A stretch of DNA of 17,040 nt from assembly GCA_001794905.1 (NCBI GenBank), contig MGLW01000054.1, positions 1 to 17,040 of the forward strand. Reading direction: 5' to 3'. The notes below the pieces were generated by a model. It ran no database searches and was not told the DNA's origin. It was given only the letters and a program-made list of their open reading frames with translations. Both the position numbers and the translations under genes were made by a program. Positions 1 through 7,895 of the stretch are shown one piece after another; position 1 is the stretch's first letter; each line of letters begins with the position of its first letter. Origin of the DNA: Chlamydiae bacterium RIFCSPHIGHO2_12_FULL_49_11 (lineage in GTDB: Bacteria; Chlamydiota; Chlamydiia; Chlamydiales; 2-12-FULL-49-11).

Positions 1-1
1 C

Positions 2-547
2 TCGATGCTGATCATGGTCACTCTCACGGTTGATGAGATGGTGGCTGTGTTTGCCGGATTGAATCAGGCCCGCCGCGAAGGCAAGTCCCTGTGGCATTCC
101 TTCTGGTTCGGAGACAACATCCGCGCTGCCAAAGACGACAAGCGCACGCCCCCGTTCGAAGGGAAGGTGAGCTCTCTCATCGAATCGCTCCGATGGGGAA
201 TCGGATTTCGCTGGAACCTTTTTATTACAGCGCTTCTTGGCGGCTGGCTCATGCTGACCCCGTATGCGTTTGACCTTCCCAAATCACTCTATTCCGACAT
301 TCTCTATCTGATCGGCCCGCTCGTCATCGTGACGTCTATCATCGCACTTGCGGAAGTGGCGCGCATCATTCGCTATGCCTTGATCATGTTTGGATTGTGG
401 CTTGCGATCGGGTCGTGGTTTCTTTCCGGCAGCTCACTATCGTCCAACATAAACCTCCTCATCATAGGGGTCCTTATTGTCCTCCTCTGCATTCCTCGAG
501 GGGAAATTCGGGAAAGGTACGGGCATTGGGATCGTTGGATTCTCTAA
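2..547 (+). CDS. 5'-truncated membrane protein; C-terminal SPW-repeat-like region as seen in vitamin K epoxide reductase-family fusion proteins
   Basis: Frame is open from the window start. Four hydrophobic helices with GGWLMLTP and GLWLAIGSW motifs, ending PRGEIRERYGHWDRWIL. Family is recalled from the motif pattern, not searched. Confidence 0.55.
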   Translation, partial: SMLIMVTLTVDEMVAVFAGLNQARREGKSLWHSFWFGDNIRAAKDDKRTPPFEGKVSSLIESLRWGIGFRWNLFITALLGGWLMLTPYAFDLPKSLYSDILYLIGPLVIVTSIIALAEVARIIRYALIMFGLWLAIGSWFLSGSSLSSNINLLIIGVLIVLLCIPRGEIRERYGHWDRWIL

Positions 548-1186
548 CGCAATGATTACATACAGACCGTCCCGAGAGACGCTCACTGTGCGCAAGGCGG
601 GAAGATCCCGGAGCAGCCCCATTATATTATGGTCGGAAGACGGGACTATTACTTGAGCGATTCGAGAATTGGTTATGGTCACACATTTCAAAGAGTCTGA
701 AATGAGAGGCACGCGGGGACAATTCATCGACTCGAGAGCAAGCGTTTGCAGATGGTAACACTGCCACAAAAAAAAGGACCCTTCCCACGCGCAGTTTTTG
801 AGTGATAACACCTCAACCGAGACGGGAGAAAAGATAGCTTCCAAATCCTTGGGTAAATCGCACTCCTCAAACCGGAGCTCGGGAATATGTATAGGAAAAT
901 GATCATATTGGGTGTGAAGCTGTCTCAATTCGATCCGTACAAGTTCAAGCTTCATGAGCCCGAATCTTCTCAGATCAAGGAGCCTTTCCGGTTTTAAGGC
1001 AATGATCGTCGACGCAATGATTTGCAGAATCTTACCGGAACAAGGAGTTTTTTGTATTTTTTCATACACGAAATGGGCGCACTCCTCAGAAGATCCGATT
1101 TTTCTCAGGAATGAAGTCCACCTTTCCGGAAAGAAGTCGGAAACAGCGGGTCTCAGTGAAAAAGCTATGCTGGTATGTTCGTCCAC
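437..1186 (-). CDS. hypothetical protein, weak leucine-rich-repeat-like pattern
   Basis: 249-aa ORF with GTG start fills the gap between two genes. LxxLxL-like segments (VEVLSLKNC, LQTLALESMNC, LRTVSVS). The 3' end overlaps the convergent gene by about 110 bp. Confidence 0.5.
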   Translation of the reverse strand: MDEHTSIAFSLRPAVSDFFPERWTSFLRKIGSSEECAHFVYEKIQKTPCSGKILQIIASTIIALKPERLLDLRRFGLMKLELVRIELRQLHTQYDHFPIHIPELRFEECDLPKDLEAIFSPVSVEVLSLKNCAWEGSFFLWQCYHLQTLALESMNCPRVPLISDSLKCVTITNSRIAQVIVPSSDHNIMGLLRDLPALRTVSVSRDGLYVIIALENPTIPMPVPFPNFPSRNAEEDNKDPYDEEVYVGR

Positions 1187-1269
1187 GGCGCAATATCATA
1201 TCTTAACAGGGAATTTATTCAGGTAAAAAAAAATATTTTGTGATAAATTGAAAAAAAGAGGGGTAGTTG

Positions 1270-2328
1270 ATGTTATTTCAAGAATTAGAGCTTATTTTGG
1301 GAGACCGGCTTGAAACTGTGATGGGTTTTGCACAAGGGAAAATCCCACGAGAGATGCTTCACCTCCCGGGTCCTGATTTTGTCGATCGCATCTTTTCCCA
1401 TAGCGACCGTAACATCCGCACATTGCAAAGTCTGCAAGCGATGTTCAATCACGGCCGTCTTGCCCGTACCGGTTATTTATCGATCCTTCCCGTTGACCAG
1501 GGAATTGAACATTCCGCCTCGAGTGCGTTTGCTCCCAACCCGGTCTATTTCGATCCCCGCAAAATCGTTGAGCTTGCGCTCGAAGGGGGGTGCAATGCTG
1601 TTGCTTCCACTTTTGGAGTGCTTGCCCTCGTAGCACGCAAATATGCTCACAAAATTCCGTTTATCGTCAAAATCAACCATAACGAGCTGCTCACTTATCC
1701 GAACAAGTACGACCAGATTTTATTCGGAACGATCGAGGAGGCATACAATCTCGGTGCCAAGGCGATCGGGGCGACGATCTATTTCGGCTCGGAAGAGAGT
1801 GACCGGCAGATTGTCGACATTGCTAGAGCGTTCGCGCATGCGCACGAGCTGGGAATGGCAACGGTCTTGTGGTGTTATCTCAGAAATAGCGCCTTTAAAA
1901 CCAAGGAAGAAGATTACCATACCGCAAGCGATCTCACCTCGCAAGCGATTCACATCGGCGCTACCATTAAGGCAGACATTGTCAAACAAAAGCTGCCTAC
2001 CTGCGACGGAGGATTCAAAGCGTTGCATTTCGGAAAAACGAGCGACCTCGTTTATTCGGAGCTCAGCTCCGACCACCCGATCGACCTTACCCGCTACCAG
2101 GTGCTCAATGCATATGCAGGTTGTATCGGGCTCATCAATTCGGGAGGTCCGTCGGGCAAGAATGATTTACAGGAAGCGGCGCTCACCGCTGCGATCAACA
2201 AGCGTGCCGGAGGGATGGGGCTCATTTCGGGCCGCAAAGCGTTCCAAAAACCGATGAGAGACGGCATCAAACTATTACATGTAATTCAGGACGTCTATCT
2301 TGCTCCTGAAATCACCGTGGCAGGATAG
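1270..2328 (+). CDS. fbaB: class I fructose-bisphosphate aldolase (DhnA/FbaB type)
   Basis: Motifs [40 protein letters not shown] (Schiff-base Lys), GLINSGG and [13 protein letters not shown] at 1270 follows a GAGGGG SD-like tract. Confidence 0.95.
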   Translation: MLFQELELILGDRLETVMGFAQGKIPREMLHLPGPDFVDRIFSHSDRNIRTLQSLQAMFNHGRLARTGYLSILPVDQGIEHSASSAFAPNPVYFDPRKIVELALEGGCNAVASTFGVLALVARKYAHKIPFIVKINHNELLTYPNKYDQILFGTIEEAYNLGAKAIGATIYFGSEESDRQIVDIARAFAHAHELGMATVLWCYLRNSAFKTKEEDYHTASDLTSQAIHIGATIKADIVKQKLPTCDGGFKALHFGKTSDLVYSELSSDHPIDLTRYQVLNAYAGCIGLINSGGPSGKNDLQEAALTAAINKRAGGMGLISGRKAFQKPMRDGIKLLHVIQDVYLAPEITVAG

Positions 2329-2336
2329 GTTGTATT

Positions 2337-3047
2337 ATGAAATTTCCGATTTTTTTGAGTTTATCGTTACTACTTGGTGCAGCGCAGTTTAAGCCGATGG
2401 ATTTTTCTGCCCTTCCGGCAAAAGTTCCCGAAATTGACAAAAAACTGTTCGAAATGCATTTCACACTATACCGAGGTTATGTAGCCCAAGTCAATTTTCT
2501 CCAATCGATGCTCGATGATCTCAGTTTAGAAGGGGCTAAAAACCAGTTTATCTTTGCCTCAATCAAGCGCCAATACGGTTTTGAGTATGATGGAATGCGA
2601 CTGCATGAACTCTATTTTGAAAACCTGGGCGGCAAGAATTCGTATTTGGGAATTGGCGTTGTGGCAAAGAGAATCGCACAAAATTTCGGATCGTACGATA
2701 CCTGGAAACAACATATGATTCAGACGGCGATGACCCGCGGCACCGGCTGGGCAATTCTCTACTTTAACCGGATGACGGGTGCGATGACAAACGCTTTTAT
2801 TGAAGGTCATGACATCGGACTCCTTGCCTCAGAATGCGCTCTCGTTATCATCGATCTTTGGGAGCACGCTTACATTACCCAGTTCGGGCTGGATCGGAAG
2901 AAATACGTCGAAATTGTGATCGACAACATCGACTGGAAGGTGGTCGAAACCCGGTTCAACCGTCCCTGCGGACTGCAATCCGCCGGCATGGACCCAGCTT
3001 CCCCGAAAGGGGGAACCTTCGGCGGTCCCGGTTCAAATAATCTTTAA
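2337..3047 (+). CDS. Fe/Mn superoxide dismutase family protein with N-terminal signal-peptide-like leader; C-terminus extended by an insertion
   Basis: Metal ligands in MHFTLY, LHELYFENLG and DLWEHAY; FGSYDTWK and GWAIL segments. The N-terminus MKFPIFLSLSLLLGAAQ is signal-like. Confidence 0.9.
   Translation: MKFPIFLSLSLLLGAAQFKPMDFSALPAKVPEIDKKLFEMHFTLYRGYVAQVNFLQSMLDDLSLEGAKNQFIFASIKRQYGFEYDGMRLHELYFENLGGKNSYLGIGVVAKRIAQNFGSYDTWKQHMIQTAMTRGTGWAILYFNRMTGAMTNAFIEGHDIGLLASECALVIIDLWEHAYITQFGLDRKKYVEIVIDNIDWKVVETRFNRPCGLQSAGMDPASPKGGTFGGPGSNNL
2950..3036. mobile_element. small structured insertion (67-68 bp) bounded by a direct repeat CCCGGTTCAA
   Basis: CCCGGTTCAA occurs at 2950-2959 and 3027-3036. 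Deleting 77 bp gives GAA ACC CGG TTC AAA TAA (ETRFK-stop). Two internal hairpins. Confidence 0.65.
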
Positions 3048-3050
3048 GGA

Positions 3051-3098
3051 TTGATTCTTTAATTATTTATATCTTATAATTAATTCCATAATTATAAG
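3051..3098 (+). promoter_or_regulatory. putative sigma66/sigma70 promoter with overlapping inverted repeat (copy 1)
   Basis: TTGATT (3051-3056), N18, TATAAT (3075-3080). Inverted repeat CTTATAATTA-N6-TAATTATAAG (3073-3098) runs into the AAGGAG SD. Confidence 0.55.
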
Positions 3099-3107
3099 GA
3101 GCAAATA

Positions 3108-4193
3108 ATGGAACCATCAGGATTAAGTCGTTCATCTTCAACAAGCTTATTTGGATTCAATAGTTTATCGCAGGAAGATGACTTATCTTCGCACGAGGGG
3201 GGAAAGCGGCGAACCAACCTGGAAACCCTCTCGAAATCACTTTCCGATAAGATAGATACTTTACAAGTGAGTTTGGACAGTACTTGGGCCTCGTTTGCTA
3301 CTACGATCAGCCGCTTGCAGGGTAGTCTCGATACGGTAATGAGTGTCGTGGCCGAAAAGCTCTCTCCGATCGATGTCAAAGTAAAAGAATTTTTCAGAAA
3401 GTCCCATGGGGTGGAAAACCGTCTTGGCCGTTTTGTAATCCGAGCTTTTAAAAGCCCTTTTGAAGGTGCCTATAATGTAGTGAAAGTAGTTCTCTGTATT
3501 TTCAGGCTGATTGCAAATGTTCTCATACATCCCATCAATACTATTTTGAACGTTGGAAAGGCTCTCGCTTCTTTCATCAATCCGAAAAAGCTCACCCTTC
3601 TTGGAGCGGCGATCATCGGGAGTGCTACAGCCGTTGCTGCAATTTTCGGTTTTGCTCCGGTGGCCCTTTTGATTGCCGGAGCTGCACTAATCGTGCTGGG
3701 GCTTACTCTCGGCGGGATCGATGCAGTCTTATCAAGACCGGAAGACGAGTCTATTCGGGAAGCATTGAAAAAAATGCTCTTTAAACATTTTAAAAAACTC
3801 CCCGCAAAATTCGTTACCGGCTTTATTTTCGGTGCGATTGTGTCGGGAATCACCATCGCTGCCGGAGGACAAATTGATCCCACGGCAAAATTAAGAGAAC
3901 TTCAAACCAAATTCGTTGCAAATCATCACCAATACTATATCTGGGTGAATCAGTATCAACAATGGGTACCGTGGACTTACCCCGGTCCTGATGGATTCCC
4001 ACTAGACCAGGTGTTTCATATAAACCCACTGTCTTGGTCTAATGCTCCCGCCGGTGTGGTAACCAATGCTTTGGGCAATACCTTTACTGTTACGACAAAT
4101 GCTGGCGGAGCTGCTCTAACGGGCTGTATTGTAAATCCGGTAGCTCTTACCACAGCAGTCCCGGTTATTCCTTTCGTAGGGAGTAGCCGCTAA
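3108..4193 (+). CDS. putative Inc-like/secreted membrane effector, paralog 1
   Basis: AAGGAG SD, Ser-rich N-terminus, long bilobed hydrophobic stretch LTLLGAAIIGSATAVAAIFGFAPVALLIAGAALIVLGLTLGG, and a clear paralog at 4317..5540. The CDS is well supported; the function is inference. Confidence 0.6.
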   Translation: MEPSGLSRSSSTSLFGFNSLSQEDDLSSHEGGKRRTNLETLSKSLSDKIDTLQVSLDSTWASFATTISRLQGSLDTVMSVVAEKLSPIDVKVKEFFRKSHGVENRLGRFVIRAFKSPFEGAYNVVKVVLCIFRLIANVLIHPINTILNVGKALASFINPKKLTLLGAAIIGSATAVAAIFGFAPVALLIAGAALIVLGLTLGGIDAVLSRPEDESIREALKKMLFKHFKKLPAKFVTGFIFGAIVSGITIAAGGQIDPTAKLRELQTKFVANHHQYYIWVNQYQQWVPWTYPGPDGFPLDQVFHINPLSWSNAPAGVVTNALGNTFTVTTNAGGAALTGCIVNPVALTTAVPVIPFVGSSR

Positions 4194-4259
4194 ATTTACG
4201 CTATCCTGCAAATCCTGCCGCATGTTTATTAGGGTGTGTCGTCAAATAATCTTTAAGGG

Positions 4260-4310
4260 TTGACCCTTTAATTATTTATATCCTATAATTAATTACATAA
4301 TTATAAGGAG
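4260..4310 (+). promoter_or_regulatory. putative sigma66/sigma70 promoter with overlapping inverted repeat (copy 2)
   Basis: TTGACC (4260-4265), N18, TATAAT (4284-4289); TATAATTA-N6-TAATTATA; AAGGAG SD. Confidence 0.55.
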
Positions 4311-4316
4311 TAAATA

Positions 4317-5540
4317 ATGGAACCATCAAGGTTAAGTCATTCATCTTCAACATGCAACATGCTCCCGCAAGGCGACTTGTCTTTGGGCGAGATGGGATCA
4401 CCATCCATAAGCCGTTCATCTTCAACAGACAGGCTGCTTTTGCAAGAAGATTTACCTTTGGACGAGGGGGGAAAGCAGCGTACCAAGCTGGAAACCCTTT
4501 CGAAATCACTTTCCGGGAAGATAGATGCTTTAGGCGCGAGGTTGGACCGTCGTTGGGCCTCGATTGCTCCTCCGATCAGCCGTATACAGGGCAGTCTGGA
4601 TATTGCAATCAATACCATAGTAGGAAAGCTCTCTCCGATCGATAACAAAGCAAAAGCATTTTTTAGAAATTCTCACGGGGTGGAAAACCGACTCGGTCGA
4701 TTTGCCATTCGTCTCCTAAAAAGCCCTCTTGAGGGTGCTTATAATGTAGTGAAAGTAGTTCTCTGTATTTTCAAGCTGATTGCAAATGCTCTCATACATC
4801 CGGTCAAGACCGTTTTGAACGTTGGAAAGGCTCTTACTTCGCTCATCAATCCGAAAATGCTCACCCTTCTTGGAGCATCGATCTTAGGTGGGGTAGCGGC
4901 AGTGGCTGCGATTTTTGGCGTAGCGCCGATTTTTCTTGTGATTGCCGGAGCCGCACTAATCGTGCTGGGACTTACTCTCGGCGGGATCGATGCAGTCTTG
5001 TCAAGATCGGAAGACGAATCTATCCGCGAAGCATTGAAAAAAATGCTCTTTAAACAGTTCAAAAAACTGCCGGCAAAATTTATGACCGGCTTTATCATGG
5101 GTAGCATTGTTTCAGGTATCGTCAGTGCAACGGTTCCGGACGCCACAACCCAATTCCATAGGCTCCAAGAGCAGTACCTCTCCACGCATAGGGGCTATTG
5201 GGACTGGAATCCTTATCATTATCATTATAATAGTGCCCATTGGGCCTGGGATCCTAATCATCTTCATCCATCATGGACATATGTTGTAGGACGTTGGGAG
5301 TGGCACGGTCCGCTTGGCTTTATGGATGCTCCTGCACATTTGCATGTATCCCAATTTACCTGGGATACCATAAGTAATGACGGGTTTATTACAGGGGGAG
5401 GATTGCTGTCTTCGGGTGTCGCTTCCGTCGCAGCCGGTGCTCTCAATACCGGAACAGAAATGGCCCGCAAAAAAATATTACTTCGTAGAAGGAGTGAGGG
5501 TTGCCGATTTTGCGATCCAGAGGACAAGGGCCGAGGATAA
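4317..5540 (+). CDS. putative Inc-like/secreted membrane effector, paralog 2
   Basis: Same architecture as 3108..4193, with a doubled N-terminal SxSSST motif and a W/H/Y-rich C-terminal insert. Confidence 0.6.
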   Translation: MEPSRLSHSSSTCNMLPQGDLSLGEMGSPSISRSSSTDRLLLQEDLPLDEGGKQRTKLETLSKSLSGKIDALGARLDRRWASIAPPISRIQGSLDIAINTIVGKLSPIDNKAKAFFRNSHGVENRLGRFAIRLLKSPLEGAYNVVKVVLCIFKLIANALIHPVKTVLNVGKALTSLINPKMLTLLGASILGGVAAVAAIFGVAPIFLVIAGAALIVLGLTLGGIDAVLSRSEDESIREALKKMLFKQFKKLPAKFMTGFIMGSIVSGIVSATVPDATTQFHRLQEQYLSTHRGYWDWNPYHYHYNSAHWAWDPNHLHPSWTYVVGRWEWHGPLGFMDAPAHLHVSQFTWDTISNDGFITGGGLLSSGVASVAAGALNTGTEMARKKILLRRRSEGCRFCDPEDKGRG

Positions 5541-5795
5541 GAAGAGAATGACCGGGACGGCGGCTCCTCCCGTTTTGAAAATCCGGAAAGCGAAAAAAAG
5601 GCAGATCAAAATGAGAAGAGCGAGTGCCCCTTTTTTGCTGTCGACAAGGACAGTGACGATGAGAAGGGTAGCGAGGACCGATGAGGCGAAAAGTGAGACG
5701 AGACTGTGAGAAATGTGGTATCCGATAAATCCCATGAATAAGAGATAGATCGCATACAAAACGATGAGCGGCGCAAACGAAACGGGCTTAATCAT
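5478..5795 (-). CDS. TMEM14 (Tmemb_14/FAX-like) family small membrane protein
   Basis: 105 aa, 3-4 hydrophobic helices. YAIYLLFMGFIGY..SHSLVSL and FRIFKTG..P resemble the TMEM14 consensus. Starts 2 bp after the ruvX stop. Confidence 0.6.
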   Translation of the reverse strand: MIKPVSFAPLIVLYAIYLLFMGFIGYHISHSLVSLFASSVLATLLIVTVLVDSKKGALALLILICLFFAFRIFKTGGAAVPVILFLSSALVLWIAKSATLTPSTK

Positions 5796-5797
5796 GT

Positions 5798-6220
5798 CTA
5801 AATACTATTCCTGTCCAGGTATATTTGTAAAATGAAATGTGCGCTCACCGCATCCACCTCTTCTTTCGTATGACGCCGGCTTTTGCCGGTGAGGCGAAGG
5901 TCTGCTTCGGCCCCTTTGGAGGTGAGCCTTTCGTCAATGAATTGAATAGGGATAGAAGTTTTTGCCGCGAGGCATTCTTTGAAAAGGCGGACATATTTCG
6001 ACATTTCCGATTCATGGCCGGAAAGATGGATCGGAAGGCCGAGAACGATCACGTCGATCGGGCCAAGGAGCTCAATTTCTTTGAGGATCGTCTCAGCGCT
6101 CGCTTCCGCGGTGCGTCCGGCAGGGACTTTTTTGAGGGGGAATGCGATCGTCTTGTCACTATTGGAAATGGCAAGCCCGATCCGCTTTTTCCCTAGATCA
6201 ACGGCTAGTATTTTTCCCAA
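5798..6220 (-). CDS. ruvX: Holliday junction resolvase-like protein RuvX/YqgF
   Basis: ILAVDLGKKRIGLAIS, IVLGLP, DERLTS and VDAVSAHFILQIYLD motifs. Likely TTG start at 6220 overlapping the pyrG end, with GGAG upstream. Confidence 0.92.
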   Translation of the reverse strand: MGKILAVDLGKKRIGLAISNSDKTIAFPLKKVPAGRTAEASAETILKEIELLGPIDVIVLGLPIHLSGHESEMSKYVRLFKECLAAKTSIPIQFIDERLTSKGAEADLRLTGKSRRHTKEEVDAVSAHFILQIYLDRNSI

Positions 6221-7838
6221 GAACGATTTTCTCCGGTATTTGGCACGCGAGTGCCGCTTTGAGGAATGCGGTATATAAAGGGTGCGGCTCCAATGGTTTT
6301 GAGATAAGTTCAGGATGGAACTGGACGCCGACAAGCCACGGATGTGTGGACAGTTCTATGATTTCAACAAGGTTCCATTTCTCATGGTGTCCCGAAAATA
6401 CCATTCCATTCTTTTCGAACATTTCACAGTAGCGGCGGTTGAATTCATACCGGTGCCGGTGGCGCTCTGCAACGCGGGTTTTTTGATACGCTTCGAAGGC
6501 TCGAGTGCCCGGTTTGATATTGCAAATTTGACTTCCGAGCCGCATCGTGCCGCCAATCTCTTCGACCGTTTTTTGCTCTTCCAAAAGGGAAATTACCGGG
6601 TTGGAAGTTTCGGGAGAAACTTCGGTTGTGTTTGCATCTTTCAAGCCGAGAACATTGCGGGTAAATTCGGTTGCGATGGCATGCAGGCCGTAACAGATGC
6701 CGAAAAGGGGAATCAGGTGTTCCCGTGCATAGCGAACGGCATGGATTTTTCCTTCCCAACCCCTCTCGCCGAAGCCGCCCAGGATGAGGATTCCATCCAG
6801 CCCTTCCAATTTCTTTCCGGCCAGTGCATCCGATTGAATCAGGTCCGATTCGACATCGACGAGTTTCACGGCGGCATCCACAGCAAATCCGCTATGGTCA
6901 AGCGCTTCATGAACCGACTTGTACGCGTCTTTATGGGTGAGATATTTGCCGACAAGGCCGATTGTTACTTCACGAGATCGCTTTTTTTTGGAAGCGATAT
7001 AGGCGCTTAAGGGGTTTTGAAGTCCTTCTTTTGCCTCGAGGCCAAAGCGCCTGAGCAGGGCAGTATCGAACTTTTGTTCCGACAGAATGGACGGAGCTTC
7101 ATAAATGGTTGTTTTGACGTCATGCAGACTGAAAACATGTTCGGGCCGTACGTTGCAAAAGAGGGATATTTTCATGCGGGTCTCTTCGCGGATCGGCTGC
7201 TCTGACCTGCACACGATGATATCTGCGGCAATGCCGACCGAAAGGAGAAGTTGCACCGAGTGTTGGGTTGGCTTGGTTTTAAATTCACTGCTGGTGCCGA
7301 GATAAGGCAGGTAGGTGAGATGGACACACAGTACTTCTTGAGGACGCTCTTGCTTGAACTGGCGGATCGCTTCCAAAAAGGGGCCCGATTCGAGATCGCC
7401 CACAGTGCCGCCGATTTCGACAATCACAAAATCGCTACGGGTTTTGCCGGCCAGTTTCATGATGCGAGCCTTGATTTCATCTGTCACGTGAGGGACAACC
7501 TGGACCGTCTTACCGAGGTATTCTCCTTTTCTCTCTTTGCCGATCACGGCGCTGTAAATTTGTCCCGAGGTGATGCTCGATTCCTTGAACAATTTGGTGT
7601 GGGTAAAACGGAAATAATGTCCCAGGTCGAGATCGGTTTCTGCACCGTCATCGGTTACATAGACCTCGCCATGTTCAAACGGGTTCATTGTACCGGGATC
7701 GACGTTCAGATAGGGATCGAGTTTCATGAGCGACACGCTGTAACCCTGGTTTTCGAGGAGGTGGCCGATCGAGGCTGATAAAACGCCCTTGCCTACTGAC
7801 GATAAAACGCCGCCCGTGACCAGTATAAAACGCTGCAT
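6198..7838 (-). CDS. pyrG: CTP synthase
   Basis: VTGGVLSSVGKG, KLDPYLNVDPGTMNPFEHGEVYVTDDGAETDLDLGHY, KTKPTQHSV, GGFGERG, GICYG, ERHRHRYE and QFHPE. Confidence 0.98.
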   Translation of the reverse strand: MQRFILVTGGVLSSVGKGVLSASIGHLLENQGYSVSLMKLDPYLNVDPGTMNPFEHGEVYVTDDGAETDLDLGHYFRFTHTKLFKESSITSGQIYSAVIGKERKGEYLGKTVQVVPHVTDEIKARIMKLAGKTRSDFVIVEIGGTVGDLESGPFLEAIRQFKQERPQEVLCVHLTYLPYLGTSSEFKTKPTQHSVQLLLSVGIAADIIVCRSEQPIREETRMKISLFCNVRPEHVFSLHDVKTTIYEAPSILSEQKFDTALLRRFGLEAKEGLQNPLSAYIASKKKRSREVTIGLVGKYLTHKDAYKSVHEALDHSGFAVDAAVKLVDVESDLIQSDALAGKKLEGLDGILILGGFGERGWEGKIHAVRYAREHLIPLFGICYGLHAIATEFTRNVLGLKDANTTEVSPETSNPVISLLEEQKTVEEIGGTMRLGSQICNIKPGTRAFEAYQKTRVAERHRHRYEFNRRYCEMFEKNGMVFSGHHEKWNLVEIIELSTHPWLVGVQFHPELISKPLEPHPLYTAFLKAALACQIPEKIVLGKNTSR

Positions 7839-7895
7839 TGGTTTTTAGTTATACTCCTTTGAAAATTAAAAAGAAAGTGATAAACTGCCAAAGTG

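Larger units (their letters stand above)
3033..5120 (+). repeat. tandem segmental duplication (promoter plus 5' two-thirds of gene): about 3033-3850 vs about 4242-5120
   Basis: TCAAATAATCTTTAAGG starts at both 3033 and 4242 (offset 1209, same as the ATG offset). Long near-identical coding blocks continue to KLPAKFxTGFIxGxIVSGI. Confidence 0.9.

Noticed and set aside
2968-3037. tRNA-Cys-like pieces (GCGGA-CTGCAA-TCCGC and CCCGGTTCAAAT)
   Set aside because: The loop is only 6 nt, and there is no D-arm, acceptor stem or 3' T-stem strand. The GGTTCAA is explained by the duplicated SOD codons.
3850-5400. Diversity-generating retroelement acting on the variable C-termini
   Set aside because: No reverse transcriptase, and no template/variable repeat pair differing only at adenines. 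The divergence includes indels.
6221-6334. 38-aa N-terminal extension of RuvX in the ORF track
   Set aside because: It lies inside pyrG. The domain begins at LGKILAVD with a TTG start at 6220.
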